From: Octopus sinensis
Taxonomy: Eukaryota
Length of the DNA: 64,000 bases
Reading direction: 5' to 3'
Assembly: GCF_006345805.1 (NCBI RefSeq)
Contig: NC_043019.1
Location: 5,889,360-5,953,359, forward strand
In this document: in pieces, positions 37,668 to 49,350 of the stretch
Numbering within the stretch: the stretch's first letter is position 1
Layout: each line of letters opens with the position of its first letter
Translations under genes and position numbers: made by a program
The notes under the pieces: model-generated
What the model saw: only the letters and a program-made list of their open reading frames with translations
Told to the model about the DNA's origin: nothing
Databases searched by the model: none

Positions 37668-37765
37668 GTAATATTCATCATGTAATTATACATGCGTTTA
37701 TTAAAATATGGAAGCCAACAAAAAATATGACATCAAAAACTGCAAATTAATTATCATATTATATA
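37364..37765. repeat. Local inverted duplication (arms about 37366-37495 and 37633-37763)
   Basis: About 100 unique bp plus (CT)n per arm, two mismatches seen, ~130-bp spacer. Confidence 0.92.
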
Positions 37766-37769
37766 TATA

Positions 37770-38138
37770 CTAGCAGTATCGCCCGGCATTGCTCAGGTTT
37801 GTAAGGGAAATAACTATAAAGCATTTTTAGAGAGTTATAACCAAAAAATAGCAAAAAAATGGAAAAAAATTATGGTAAATTTTTTTTGAGAGTAAAAAAA
37901 GGATGGAGTTTGCGTCCCCTAGACAGTTTGCGGTTTGTGTTTCTGATTCTCGACCCCATGTCGAATTTATCGATTTTTTTCAGAAGTGGGGGAACTTTTC
38001 AAAATTTTCGCTGCATTAGTTTTGAATTATGACATTGGGCTATGTGTGTGTCAAGTTTCATCAGAATCGGTTGAAAGCCGTGGTCAGGGTGAGGGTACAA
38101 GCAAACAGACACACAGAAACACGCACAGACAAACTGCC

Positions 38139-38165
<27 letters not shown>
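37770..38165 (-). mobile_element. Non-autonomous Helitron, different interior
   Basis: Same CTAG|T and hairpin end; interior and 5' part differ from the 36604 copy. Confidence 0.8.
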
Positions 38166-38174
<9 letters not shown>

Positions 38175-38176
38175 GG

Positions 38177-38227
38177 AGCTTCTACAGGACTAGAACTGTT
38201 TCATTCAAATGAAATCATCAGGAAGCT
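38177..38227 (-). ncRNA. Type-I hammerhead ribozyme (antisense copy of 38612-38662)
   Basis: Exact reverse complement of the plus-strand motif. Confidence 0.75.
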
Positions 38228-38611
38228 TGGTGTCAAGAATAGTTTTGGCATTTATACATTTAGGCAGATTTAATGGGGTGGTGGTGGGGGACTTTTTTGG
38301 GGTAGGCAGGGCACAAACTGTCTGTGTGTATGTATGAGTATGTGTATATATATGTATGTATATATGTATATATATATATATGTATGTGTGTGTATATATA
38401 TATATATATATATAAGCGATAGTCTTCTTATTTACCTAAAACTCTATTCTATTATTCTATTTATTCACTTATCTACTTTATCACTGATTCTTTTGACCAC
38501 TCCCCTAAGAAAGACAGTTTGTGCCCTGCCTACCCCAAAAAAGTCCCCCACCACCACCCCATTAAATCTGCCTAAATGTATAAATGCAAAACCAAAACTA
38601 TCTTGACACCA

Positions 38612-38662
38612 AGCTTCCTGATGATTTCATTTGAATGAAACAGTTCTAGTCCTGTAGAAGCT
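38612..38662 (+). ncRNA. Type-I hammerhead ribozyme
   Basis: AGCTTC-CTGATGA-T TTC(ATTT)GAA T-GAAA-CAG(TTCTAGTC)CTG-TA-GAAGCT: 6-bp stem I, stem III CAG/CTG, GUA cut after 38656; weak stem II closed by U-U. Confidence 0.75.
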
Positions 38663-38814
38663 CCTTCTATAAAATAAATTAAATTACTCTGCTATGTATT
38701 GAGTACCTTATTTACTGTGGTTAACCCCGACTCAACCCGAGACCTACATATATATATATAATATATACATACATATATATATATACATACTACATAGTAT
38801 ATATATATTAATAC

Positions 38815-38874
<60 letters not shown>

Positions 38875-38891
38875 CATACTATATATATATA

Positions 38892-39407
38892 CTAGCAGTA
38901 TCGCCCGGGGTTACTCGGGTTTGTAAGGGAAATAACTATATAAGCATTTTTAGAGAGTTACTTCCCTTATAGATGCCAATTCGGGCTTTCTTAGCCATTT
39001 CTGTTTTGGTGTCTTCAAGCCATGAAGTCGTTGTTCTAAAAGAATGCTGGTCTCCTTGACAACGCTTTACGACGTTGATTTCCTTACACTCCCTTCCCCA
39101 CAGCTTCACGAGGGAGGGAAGAAGGGGGAGAAGCAACACAGGTGCAGGTGTTTGAGCGTGGACGCCAACTCCGCCGCCATCGACACACGAAAAATTATGC
39201 ATTAAAATGGAATAAAAAATTATGTTAAATTATTTTAAAATCGTAGACTCATCGTAGACGCGCGCTAATAGCCAGACGGGCTCGATTTAATCACGACTAT
39301 AAGATACCCGAATTTGGTTAAACTGCACCGCAAAATGTGGGAGGAGTTAGGAATCTAAATCGTAGGAGACAGACACTCACACAACTACAGTTTTATATAT
39401 ATATAGA
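38892..39407 (-). mobile_element. Non-autonomous Helitron with an extra ~220-bp GC-richer internal module
   Basis: A|TC and CTAG|T ends; 38970-39190 is absent from the sibling copies. Confidence 0.88.
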
Positions 39408-39424
39408 TATACATACATACATAC

Positions 39425-39475
<51 letters not shown>

Positions 39476-40099
39476 CATATATATATACATATAATATACA
39501 TATATATATACATATATATGTGTGTGTATGTGTGTATACACTTATAACGAGTTGTTTTTAATACATTACCAAAACGCTCACATCTGAGTCTGTCAAGGGC
39601 TCGACCAACACGTTGGAATGTTTACTTTCTAGGAAATTCTCCACAGACGAAATATCCAATTAACCAGTCTCAATATGAAAATCTTAAATTAATTTGATTC
39701 GATTTAATTTCTCTAATTGAAACAATCGGATATGGAAACGGCTGTAGGGATAAGAATTTCATATTATATCGATTTGAATATCTTTGAATAGACTGATGTC
39801 TATATGCAGAGATTTCTCCGTTTTCTTCCTTTTCTCATTCATAAATATTTTAGATACCCGTATCCATCAATGTAAAATTAACGTGTTTAGTTTCTCACTG
39901 AACGCTAGTATAAACCAAAGAACTAGGATGCGAACACCCCTTAAAGGATTATAGGTCTTTGGCATGATTATATGTGTGTGTGTGTGTGTGTGTGTACATA
40001 TATATGTATGTATACCTGTATATATGTATGTATATGTATATTTATATATACACACACATGTGTATGTATATATATATAGCTCAACTACTAATTTTTAAA

Positions 40100-40575
40100 A
40101 TATAATCGCACGCAACACACAAAAACCACAAAATGAAACCAGCTGTTCATGCAGGGATAAAAATTTATTCCCGCTAAATGGAGCTTATATGTTCGAGACC
40201 ATTATTTATGAAGCCACCGTAGACTCTACAACCACTAAGGATACAGTTTCGACAAAGAAATATGTGGGACTCACAGAGGGGAATTTTAAGACCAGGTTCA
40301 ACACATTGAGCTTCAGGCACTGGGATAAAAGAAAAACGACCAAATTATCCAGTCATGTATGGTCCTTAAAAGATAAAGGTGTCGGTTACAACATACTTTG
40401 GAAAATCTTAGCCAAGTGTAAGCCTTACACCAACGGCAGTGGAAAGTGCGGTGTTTGTGAGATGGAAAGATAGCTCATCTGGAAAAGCAGCTTAGACCCC
40501 GCTACATGTCTGAATTCAAGAACTGAACTGTTTGGTTCATATCCACATATGGCTAAATATCTGTTATGTTTCAGG
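40100..40575 (+). pseudogene. Penelope-like element GIY-YIG endonuclease domain remnant
   Basis: CSCRDKNLFPLNG..IIYEATV..KYVGLTEGNFKTRF..TKLSSHVWSLKD..WKILAKCKPY..CGVCEMER*..LNSRTELF..HMAKYLL; one in-frame stop. Confidence 0.92.
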
Positions 40576-40682
40576 TCCCACCCCCACAAGATCACAGACA
40601 GAACCTGCTTTCTATATTGTGTCCACTTGCAAGCATTTTATCTCTCTATATTTGATATACAGACATACATATGTATATATAT

Positions 40683-40729
<47 letters not shown>

Positions 40730-40789
40730 TTTTTACATATTTATATATATATTTATATTATATAGCTTATATAATTTTACATATTTTTC

Positions 40790-41250
40790 TGTATTTTACC
40801 TTTCACCCTGCATTTTTCTTGTACATGCTCGTATATAGACGTGTATATGAACTTTTTTGTGTGCGTATGGGTATATACACGTGTATGTGTATGTGCGTGT
40901 GTGCGGGTATGTATATATGCACAGGTATATGAACATGTGTATGGTTGCAGATATGTGTGAGTGTACATGCGAGTGTTTCACGCAATGTGAGTGAGCATAT
41001 GCATATGTGCGAATTTCTGAATATAATTGTGCGCGTATGAGTATATGCACGTGTGTATGTGTACGCGCGTGTGCAGATATGCATACGTGTACGTGCATGG
41101 TTGCATGTATATGTGCATATATAGACACATGTATGGGTGTGCTTGTATGAGTGTACATGTATGCGTTTCACGCGAGTGTAATGAGCATATGCATATAGGC
41201 ACATGTATGTGGGTGTGCGTGCGCGCATGTGTATGTATGTACATACGCCC
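40790..41250. repeat. Degenerate alternating purine-pyrimidine repeat with ~190-bp internal period
   Basis: gagtgtacatg..tttcacgc..tgagcatatgcatat at 40959 and 41149. Confidence 0.7.
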
Positions 41251-41422
41251 TTACGCGATTTCTATGAGCATTTTTACTTCTTTACTTGTTTACTTTCTCC
41301 CCTTCGGTTTTTTCCCCTTCTTTAACGGTCATTCTAATAGCTCTTTTGTCTTAATAACGGTCAGATACATAGTAATTTCCCTTTGTTTAACGGTCATTTT
41401 CATAGCATTTTTTGATTGTCTC

Positions 41423-41483
41423 GATAACTGACGAGATGCCGGAGCAGTTTTCCGCCCCGACATCCGAAACTCGGAGTCTTATT
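41423..41483 (+). ncRNA. Type-I hammerhead ribozyme with long stem II
   Basis: GATAA-CTGACGA-GATGCCGGAGCAG(TTTT)CCGCCCCGACATC C-GAAA-CT(CGG)AG-TC-TTATT; GUC cut after 41478; same strand as, and downstream of, the GIY-YIG remnant. Confidence 0.8.
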
Positions 41484-41499
41484 ATGGCAACCGAATAAT

Positions 41500-41517
41500 T
41501 GTCACATATCATATTAC

Positions 41518-41550
<33 letters not shown>

Positions 41551-41561
41551 ATATATATATA

Positions 41562-41642
<81 letters not shown>

Positions 41643-41651
41643 ATACATATA

Positions 41652-41694
<43 letters not shown>

Positions 41695-41733
41695 ATGCGT
41701 ATATATATACATATATATATAATATATATATAG

Positions 41734-41776
<43 letters not shown>

Positions 41777-41778
41777 AG

Positions 41779-41866
<88 letters not shown>

Positions 41867-41880
41867 ATAGATAAATAAAT
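41500..41880. repeat. (TA)n and (GATA)n microsatellites
   Basis: Direct. Confidence 0.95.
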
Positions 41881-42469
41881 ATAGTAAAAAAAAAAACAAC
41901 AAACACAAAAAACAACAACGCGAGGACGTGGTACATGTAAAGTATTAGCAGATACTCATTAGCATAGATTGACTCCTAGAAGGCTTTGGACAGTTTTCCC
42001 CATATCTTGGAAACACCCGTCGTCGTAAAACACATGAGACTTACAATGATTAAATGACAAATAATTTTGCAGACACAAAGAAAAGGGGGTGATATAAAAA
42101 CTAACCCCATATTCAAAGAGATTCCTTTTTCCTGCTCCTTATTTGCTCGGTGTTGACATTTTTAATTCACATTTTAAATCAGATTGGACTTCAATATATC
42201 TACTAAATGAGGACAAGCAATCATGGTTTGTGTATGAATGTCCACAAATTGTATTCAGCAGACGATAAATAACTAGAACAATTCTTACAGATAGTACAAG
42301 TGTTTAATAGAAAACATTTCATGTGTTTCGGATTACACGAATACACCAAAGCAACCTGGAAGCGAAAAAAAAATACCGAAATAATTAAGAATACTAATAT
42401 GTTAAATAAAAAAAAAACTAATTAGACCAAACATGACTTACAAATCTTTACCAATCAATGAACTAGATA

Positions 42470-42900
42470 GAATGCGACGCACAGAAATAAAAGGAACGGC
42501 AAGGAATGAATATTACTGGCAGATTAGATTATTACTTCAAGCAGAGCTAAATGTAAAAAGGAATCAATATTCCAGCTGTTCCAGTAATAAGTGAATGTTA
42601 TATTCGCAACCGGACGCTAAATGTATTAAGAGTAGACAGAAGGAAAACAAGAAAAAAAGTAATTTGAATATGCTACCCATAATCTTATGCAACAAGAAAA
42701 CTATTATAACATATGTGCTGTGTGACTACAAAAATATCCAGCAAAGAATAATGACACACTAATACAAAGAGCTACAGGACATTGACAAAACAAAACAGAA
42801 AGAAAACTGCTTTCTACCCTCAAGGAAGCCGACAAATACAAAAGCAAAAGAAAAATGCAAATTCTTGTGAAGAAAATCAAGAAACAATAGATTTTGTGAA
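42470..42900 (+). pseudogene. Highly decayed R4/Dong-like RT C-terminal fragment
   Basis: EYYWQIRLLLQAELNVK..INIPAVPVI..TLN..VDRRKTRK-like motifs across frameshifts. Confidence 0.5.
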
Positions 42901-43086
42901 TAAACTAAAAATAGGGATTTACAGTAAAGATAACACAAAGATGCTTTAGATGGTGAATACATGAAAGAACTGAAGAGGGTGGAGGTAGACTAACATCTTA
43001 AATGTTCACACATTATATGGAGCTGACCAGTTTTAGTGAAGAGAGAATACGAAGTGGTTTCATATACTGGAATTATTCATTATTAT

Positions 43087-43450
43087 TCAGGCGTGGTAGT
43101 GTGGTAAGAATCTTGCTTTCCAACCAATGGTTCCGGGTTCGGTTCCACTGCGTGGAACCTTGGTAAATGTTTTCTGCGATAGCCTTGCGCCGACCAAATC
43201 TTTGTGAGAGGATTTGGTAGAAGGAAACTGAACGAGGCCCATCGTATATGTGTGTGCATTTTTCTTTGCATTTGCCCCCACCCCGCCTGACAACCGGTGT
43301 TGGTGTGTTTACATACCCATAACTTAGCGGTTCGGCAATAGAAGAAGTCCTAGACTTAAAAAAAAAAATTTGAGCTCGATTCATTCCCTAAAAAATTCTT
43401 CAAGGCGGTGCCTCAGCATGGCCGCAGTCTAATGACCGAAACATGTAAGC
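43087..43450 (+). mobile_element. SINE family A, diverged
   Basis: Head-to-tail match. Confidence 0.85.
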
Positions 43451-43669
43451 CTCTCTCAGGTTGTTCAACCGAGCGGGAAAAGCAGCCGCGAGGAGAAAAA
43501 GATAGAAAGAGGAACAGGAGCAGATCATGCGATAAAAAGTATCGATACGAGAATCAATAGTGGAACATTTAAATATCAAATGAATAAATGCTCAGAAATA
43601 ATTTCACCAGTTGACTAATGAACCGAGAAATATTGCCGTGTTTGTAATATTGTATAGTGTTTTGGGCGG

Positions 43670-44010
43670 GACATGTTTGCAGGATGGAGGGCGACAGGCT
43701 CCCAAAAGCAGGGGTTTTTTTTTCATGCCGAATTGCATCAGGGTACGTGAAGCCGTGGTGGCCATAGGTTGTGATACAGGTATGTGCTGAAGAGGCATAC
43801 GAAGAATTCTGGCATCTCCCCAGACACCTGGGCTGGCCGGGCCATGAATGGTACGAATCGCTCCAGCCACTGAAGAACAACAACAGAGAAAATATGAAAG
43901 AGCAATTGAGAAGCGTCACTTTCCCGTTGCGTCAAATGTCTTCATCTGCAGCAGCGCAAGAGCAAGGCCTTGGGCCCCAATTCATGTGAGCCTGCATGAG
44001 TTGATTGCTC
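43670..44010 (+). mobile_element. RTE-BovB-like LINE 3' fragment
   Basis: MEGDRLPKA..ELHQGTRSRGGHRL..VLKR..GISPDTW across frameshifts. Confidence 0.7.
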
Positions 44011-44174
44011 AACAGGGAGGAGCTTGTCTTCGTAAAAAAGCCTTCTCGGGCTTCTTTCAGTTTCCGTCTACCAAATCCACTCACAAGGCTTTGGTCGGCC
44101 TGAGGCTATAGTAGAAGAGACTTCTTGTCTTTGTAAAAAAAACCTTTGTGAACTCATCACAAAAGACTTCCATA

Positions 44175-44420
44175 TACTCTTTACTCTTTTACTTGTTTCA
44201 GTCATTTGACTGCGGCCATGCTGGAGCACCGTCTTTAGTCGAGCAAATCGACCCCAGGACTTATTCTTTGTAAGCCTAGTACTTATTATATCAGTCGCTT
44301 TTGCCGAACCGCTAAGTTACGGGGACGTAAACACACCAGCTTCGGTTGTCAAGTGATGTCGGTAGGACAAACACAGACACACACACACACACACACACAT
44401 ACACACACACACACACACAC

Positions 44421-44491
<71 letters not shown>

Positions 44492-44675
44492 GACAGGCTT
44501 CTTTCAGTTTCTGTCTGCCAAATCCACTCACAAGGCTTTGGTCGGCCCGAGGCTACATTAGAAGACACTTGCCCAAATGGGACTGAACCTGGAACACTTG
44601 CCACGCAGTGGGACTGAACCTAGAACCATGTGGTTCGTAAGCAAGCTACTTACCACACAGCCACTCCTGCGCCTA
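44175..44675 (-). mobile_element. SINE family A (a further fragment at 44040-44120)
   Basis: Full antisense match with a small duplication near the head. Confidence 0.92.
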
Positions 44676-44864
44676 CTAAAAGATATTAGACAAAGCTAAT
44701 GAGGTCTAAATAAAGCAGGCAAAGATCAATTTTTCTACCTAACATGTAAATTCATTTAAAAAGATTTATTCATAATTTCTTGAGATTACTTCCCCTTCTC
44801 TTTGTGAATTGTTAACTATTACCGCTAGGTTTCCATATTTTTCTCCAACTAAATGCATTTTTTT

Positions 44865-45118
44865 CATTATCTTTATCTTTTAACTTTTTCCTCTTTTCAG
44901 TAATTTGACTACGGCCATGCTGGGGTACTGACTTGAAGGGTTTTAATCCAATAAATTGACTCCAGGACTTTTTAAAAACCTAGTGCTTATTCTATCCCTT
45001 CTCTTTTGTCGAACCTCTAAGTTACACACTAATACATAAACACACTAATACAGGCTCCAAGTGTTGGTGTGGGACAAACAGACACAAACACGCACACACA
45101 GACGCATACACACACAGA

Positions 45119-45190
<72 letters not shown>

Positions 45191-45300
45191 CATGACAGGT
45201 TAAAGTAGAAGACACTTGCCCAAGGTGCCTCTCGGTTGGACTGAACCCGGAATTATGTGACTGGGAAGCTAGCTTCTTACCACACAGCCACACCTGCGCA
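44865..45300 (-). mobile_element. SINE family A, diverged
   Basis: Antisense match with internal deletion. Confidence 0.8.
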
Positions 45301-45644
45301 TATCAGTTGACAATTTGACAATTTTTTAGTTGTGATGCGATATGGTGTCTGTTTATTGGTGCAGATGTTGTTTGGCCTCTGATCAGCTCAGGCTGAATAA
45401 CTGTATGGTCAAAGTCTTTCCAGCCATAACCATCTGTCTTATATGGGGAAGCAACCCGCCACCTAATGTGTCCTTTGTCTTTTAAGATAGTAGAAACTCC
45501 GTTGTGGCTTCAAACAGGTCCAAACTTTATGAAAAGGGTTCCTATTATCTTTGGTGCGAAGTGTTTGATGGTAGCAGCTTATGAATCTACGAGATGAGCA
45601 GAAAAGAAAAATATTTAAGGATTGCTGGAGGTAATGAAATAGGG

Positions 45645-45797
45645 ACAGAGAAAGAGAGAGAGAAAGAGAAAGAGAGAGAAAGAGAGAGAAAGAGAGAGAA
45701 AGAGAGAGAAGGAGAAAGAGTAAGAGAGAGAGACTAAGAGAGAGAGAGAGAGAGAGAGACTGAGCAAGAGAGAAAGACCGAGTAAGTGAGAGAGAGA

Positions 45798-45839
<42 letters not shown>

Positions 45840-45840
45840 G
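45645..45840. repeat. (GA)n/(AGAGAGAGAA)n purine tract
   Basis: Direct. Confidence 0.9.
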
Positions 45841-46001
45841 GTAGAATTGGGAGCAAGAGAAGACGGAGATTGGACGAGTAAGTTTAAGAAATGGTATTAA
45901 AATATCAAAGAAGTCGAAAAGATTGGTGTCCCACCTAAAGCAACAGTTTTATATAAAAACAGAGAATGGAGTCAGTCTAAGTGATATGTAGTGGAGTATA
46001 T

Positions 46002-46322
46002 TTATATTTATGCGCCCTTTTTGAAGCCTAGCCAGGCTCATGGGCCCGGTTTCCCGGTTTCTGTGGCGTACGTATACCCCTGCCCCCACTTAGCTGGCTG
46101 GGACGCCAGTGCATCGCAGCGTTACTCAAGAAACAGGAAGAGAGAGTGAGAGAAAGTTGGGGCGAAAGAGTACAACAGGGGTCGCCCCTCTCCCGCAGGA
46201 ACCTCGTGGAGCTTTAGATGTTTTCCCTAAATAAATACACACAACACCCGGTCTGGGAATCGAAACCGTGATCCTCCGACCGCGAGTCCGCTGCCCTAAC
46301 CACTGGGCCATTGCGCCTCCAC
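46002..46322 (-). mobile_element. tRNA-Arg-like SINE with the family C head and a different 3' tail (C')
   Basis: Head and body match 18328-18520; tail tggcgtcccagccagc..gaaaccgggcccatgagcctggctaggctt is unrelated; 12-bp TSD AGTGGAGTATAT at 45990-46001 and 46323-46334. Confidence 0.92.
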
Positions 46323-46512
46323 AGTGGAGTATATGATGCAGGGTTTTTTGCTGTGGAGTGCAAGAGTGTTGTATTGCGTGGAATGATGTGATATGGTGCA
46401 GAACAATCTTTTATTGTGTGGTAGTGAAACTTACTGTGGTGTAGTGATGTTTTTGTTGTTAAGCTGAAATCAGGAATCAAAGGCGCTGCAGCCGTGACCA
46501 TCTAATTTTTGG

Positions 46513-46941
46513 GATCTTTTCGGTTTGAACGGCAGTTTTTTCTAGCGGTGTCATATGAAATTGTCACCCATAATTATGACCCTAGTATCGATCTATTGCA
46601 TTTCTATCTGTTTTAGGGTTAGTTAGGGTTAGGGTTAGGGTTAGGGGTGGGGGAAGGGTGTCTTTTTTTCTTCAGAAATGTAAATAAACCCAATCTATTT
46701 CTTAAACGAGGGACATATTCATACGGCACAGAATGTTTTCACCTCAATAGACGTCATTGATTGGTTGAAATTGCAGAAATTGAAGAAAAAAACAACAAAT
46801 ATCTTCCAAACTATAAAATTTCCTCAATAAAGCCAAGAGAAAAAGATGTTTTATAAACACATTCTACCAGTATACGAAGTTTAAAAGTGTTTAGTTACGT
46901 GGAAATTACTTTTTAAAAATGCCGGTCAAACCGAAAAGATC
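46513..46941 (+). mobile_element. MITE with GATC termini and internal (TTAGGG)n, copy 1
   Basis: ~28-bp TIR GATCTTTTCGGTTTGA(A/C)CGGCA.TTTTT; siblings at 52874 and 60671. Confidence 0.9.
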
Positions 46942-46979
46942 CAATTTTTTTCTTAAATACAGGCAATTCAAGATTACGT

Positions 46980-47810
46980 TATCTACCGTGTCCATTGTAA
47001 CATTGTGGTTTGAGGGAGAATTTTCTGGTATATCTGGTCGAGTGCAACGGAACGGTTCCCTCGTTAGGCCCGAGCCGTAATTTTTGTTATTCTCGTTCAG
47101 TTCCAACTGAGACACGATATCTATAATCAAAAGCATTCAAACCATGACAGTACCGTCTTTTTTACAGACAGAGAATCTAGGACAGTGAAGACGAATGTAT
47201 GGTACACGTGTCAGCAGTGACACGCGCCAGGATATTTGGTGACAAGTGGCGGACTAGGAAACGAATTTCTCTGCTAAGATACGTTATGGAAAGCTCATTA
47301 GATTTGACAAAATCTTTCTCGAGTTTAATATATTAGTCTGAAAATTTTATATTTTTTTCTGTGATATCCACTGATACAGTACATCGTATAACAACACATC
47401 GTATCACAACACATTCATTAAAAATCGCCTACAAATTAACGGATTAGTAACTCATCATTGATCACTCGTGCAGGCGAACACGATATGACAGGTGAAGGAT
47501 TTTAGTTTTCTATTTTTTCCTCAGCTCTTTTCTGAATCCAATCAAAATGGCATTAACTAACTGCTTATAAAAAAAAAAGTATAGATATTATCACAAAAAG
47601 GAAGTGGGCGAAAGTTTCAAAGTTTACTTCAGCGAACCATATGGAGTTGTTGATAAAACTGATAAAATTATATGATTTTTTAAAAGAGTTATTTGCGAGG
47701 AGAACTTGAAATATAAAAAAGTCACTTTAACATGAAACACCATTGGCGCTAAAAAAAAGAGAAATGTATTCGAAAAGATATAATCCCAATCAGAGAATAT
47801 ATTTAAATCC
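46980..47810. repeat. Unclassified dispersed repeat (inverted homologue of 16620-17420)
   Basis: See 16620-17420. Confidence 0.8.
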
Positions 47811-47842
47811 TAGATAGGAACTTCCTATTTAGTTACTATTTA

Positions 47843-48183
47843 GGGGCAACGACCCCTTTTCGGTAATGAATTACCACGGGATTGTACCTAGGAAGTTACC
47901 TTCCGAGGCACAAGTCTGGGAAAGGTTGTTTATGGAAGATCAGCTGTCGCCCACGCATACCAGTCTCCCTTCTTCACATCACTGATGTTATCCAAGGGAA
48001 AGCTAAAGGCCGATACAGCTTGGCACCAGTGACCTAGCAACACATTTCTACAACTGAGTGAAATGGAGCAACGTGAAATAAAGTGTCTTGCTCAAAATCA
48101 CAACACACAAGTCAGTCCGGGAATCGAACTCACTACCTCATGACTGTGAGCCCGATACTCTAACCACTGAGCCATGTGTCTTC
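47843..48183 (-). mobile_element. SINE family D
   Basis: Homologous to 2488-2843. Confidence 0.85.
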
Positions 48184-49127
48184 ACTATTAGTATCTATAC
48201 GTTTTAGTATTTAACATACTTTTATTGATCATTGAAAATCCCTAAGAAGGCTGAGTTTTCATTGAAAATCTCTTTTTTGTTAAATGTGTTTCATTTATAT
48301 GCTTTGATTTTCTGATGAAAATCAATTATAAATCGTGTGACTGAGTTTGTAATATGTAGAAATACAATTAACGATAGAAATGAATGCTAATGATTGTTAA
48401 TTAAGTTAGAGAAATTTCCTGAAAACATGTCCGGAATAGTTATAAACGATTGCATTGTTAAAATGATTCTCAAAAAGACAAATACATGTCAAAAATAGTT
48501 CCTGCCATGAATTATGGTGTCCCTAATATGGTAGGAAGAAACCAGCTGAAAAAATCTTGAACAACAAACGAAAGTATAGAAGTTCTAAGGGTTATGACTG
48601 GGTAATTTTCTTCTGGATCTGTACCACAGAGGGAGCTAAAAGATAATAAATCCATAAAATATTGAAATGAAGCTGATTTCATGGACCTGAAACGTAATCC
48701 ATCTTGTGATTAGACTTAAAATTTTCTAGAAATACGATTTGTTGATTTGCAATCCAATCGAATTCGGAAGCAAGATTCGTATTTTTAACTAGTTTAGAAG
48801 AACTTGGTCGTAAACATGTAATGGTGATCGTGAATATTCACCCAAATTGAAAACAAATGACTTGCATTCCCGTGAATTGTGATATCTTAAATTAGCAAGC
48901 AATATCTCATTGAAATACTCGTATGAAAAGTTGTTCTCAACACAGTGTAATATGAAACTTAAAATGAGACACACGATAGCTCTGAAGTTGAGGGCTAGCA
49001 TTAAAATGCACAATGTAACAGCCACGATGTATCTGTCTTGTCAAAATAAGTAACTTAAATTTTTGTATATTTTATTATTCGCTCTCAATATATTTTCCCA
49101 ATTCTATATCTTCAACGTCGAAGTAAT

Positions 49128-49350
49128 ATTGACTGTGGCCATGCTGGAGCTTCGCCTTTAGTCGAGCAAATCGACCCCAGAACTTCGTAAGCTTAGTACT
49201 TATTCTATCGGTCTCTTTTGCCGAACCGTTACGTGACGGGGACGTAAACACACCAGCATCAGTTATCAAGCGATGTTGGGGGGCAATCACAGACACACAA
49301 ACATACACACACACACACACATACATAAATACGATGAGCTTCTTTCAGTT
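49128..49350 (-). mobile_element. SINE family A 3' half
   Basis: Antisense match. Confidence 0.85.

Larger units (their letters stand above)
38168..38745. mobile_element. Penelope-type inverted pLTR pair (family H2); arms 38168-38323 and 38512-38671
   Basis: ~156/160-bp near-perfect inverted repeat, each arm carrying a hammerhead; right copy continues to a tail ending in (TA)n at about 38745. Confidence 0.8.

Noticed and set aside
46620-46650. TTAGGG repeats as telomere or interstitial telomeric sequence
   Set aside because: Only a few units, and they are an internal part of the GATC-ended MITE in all three copies
48614-48700. TGGAT..GAAACGTA-ATCCA, hammerhead-like
   Set aside because: No CUGANGA core next to the putative stem I
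48789-49040. Minus-strand DRYIVAV.. hydrophobic frame suggesting a GPCR or secreted peptide
   Set aside because: A stop lies immediately upstream, the start is GTG, and downstream residues do not fit the post-DRY GPCR pattern
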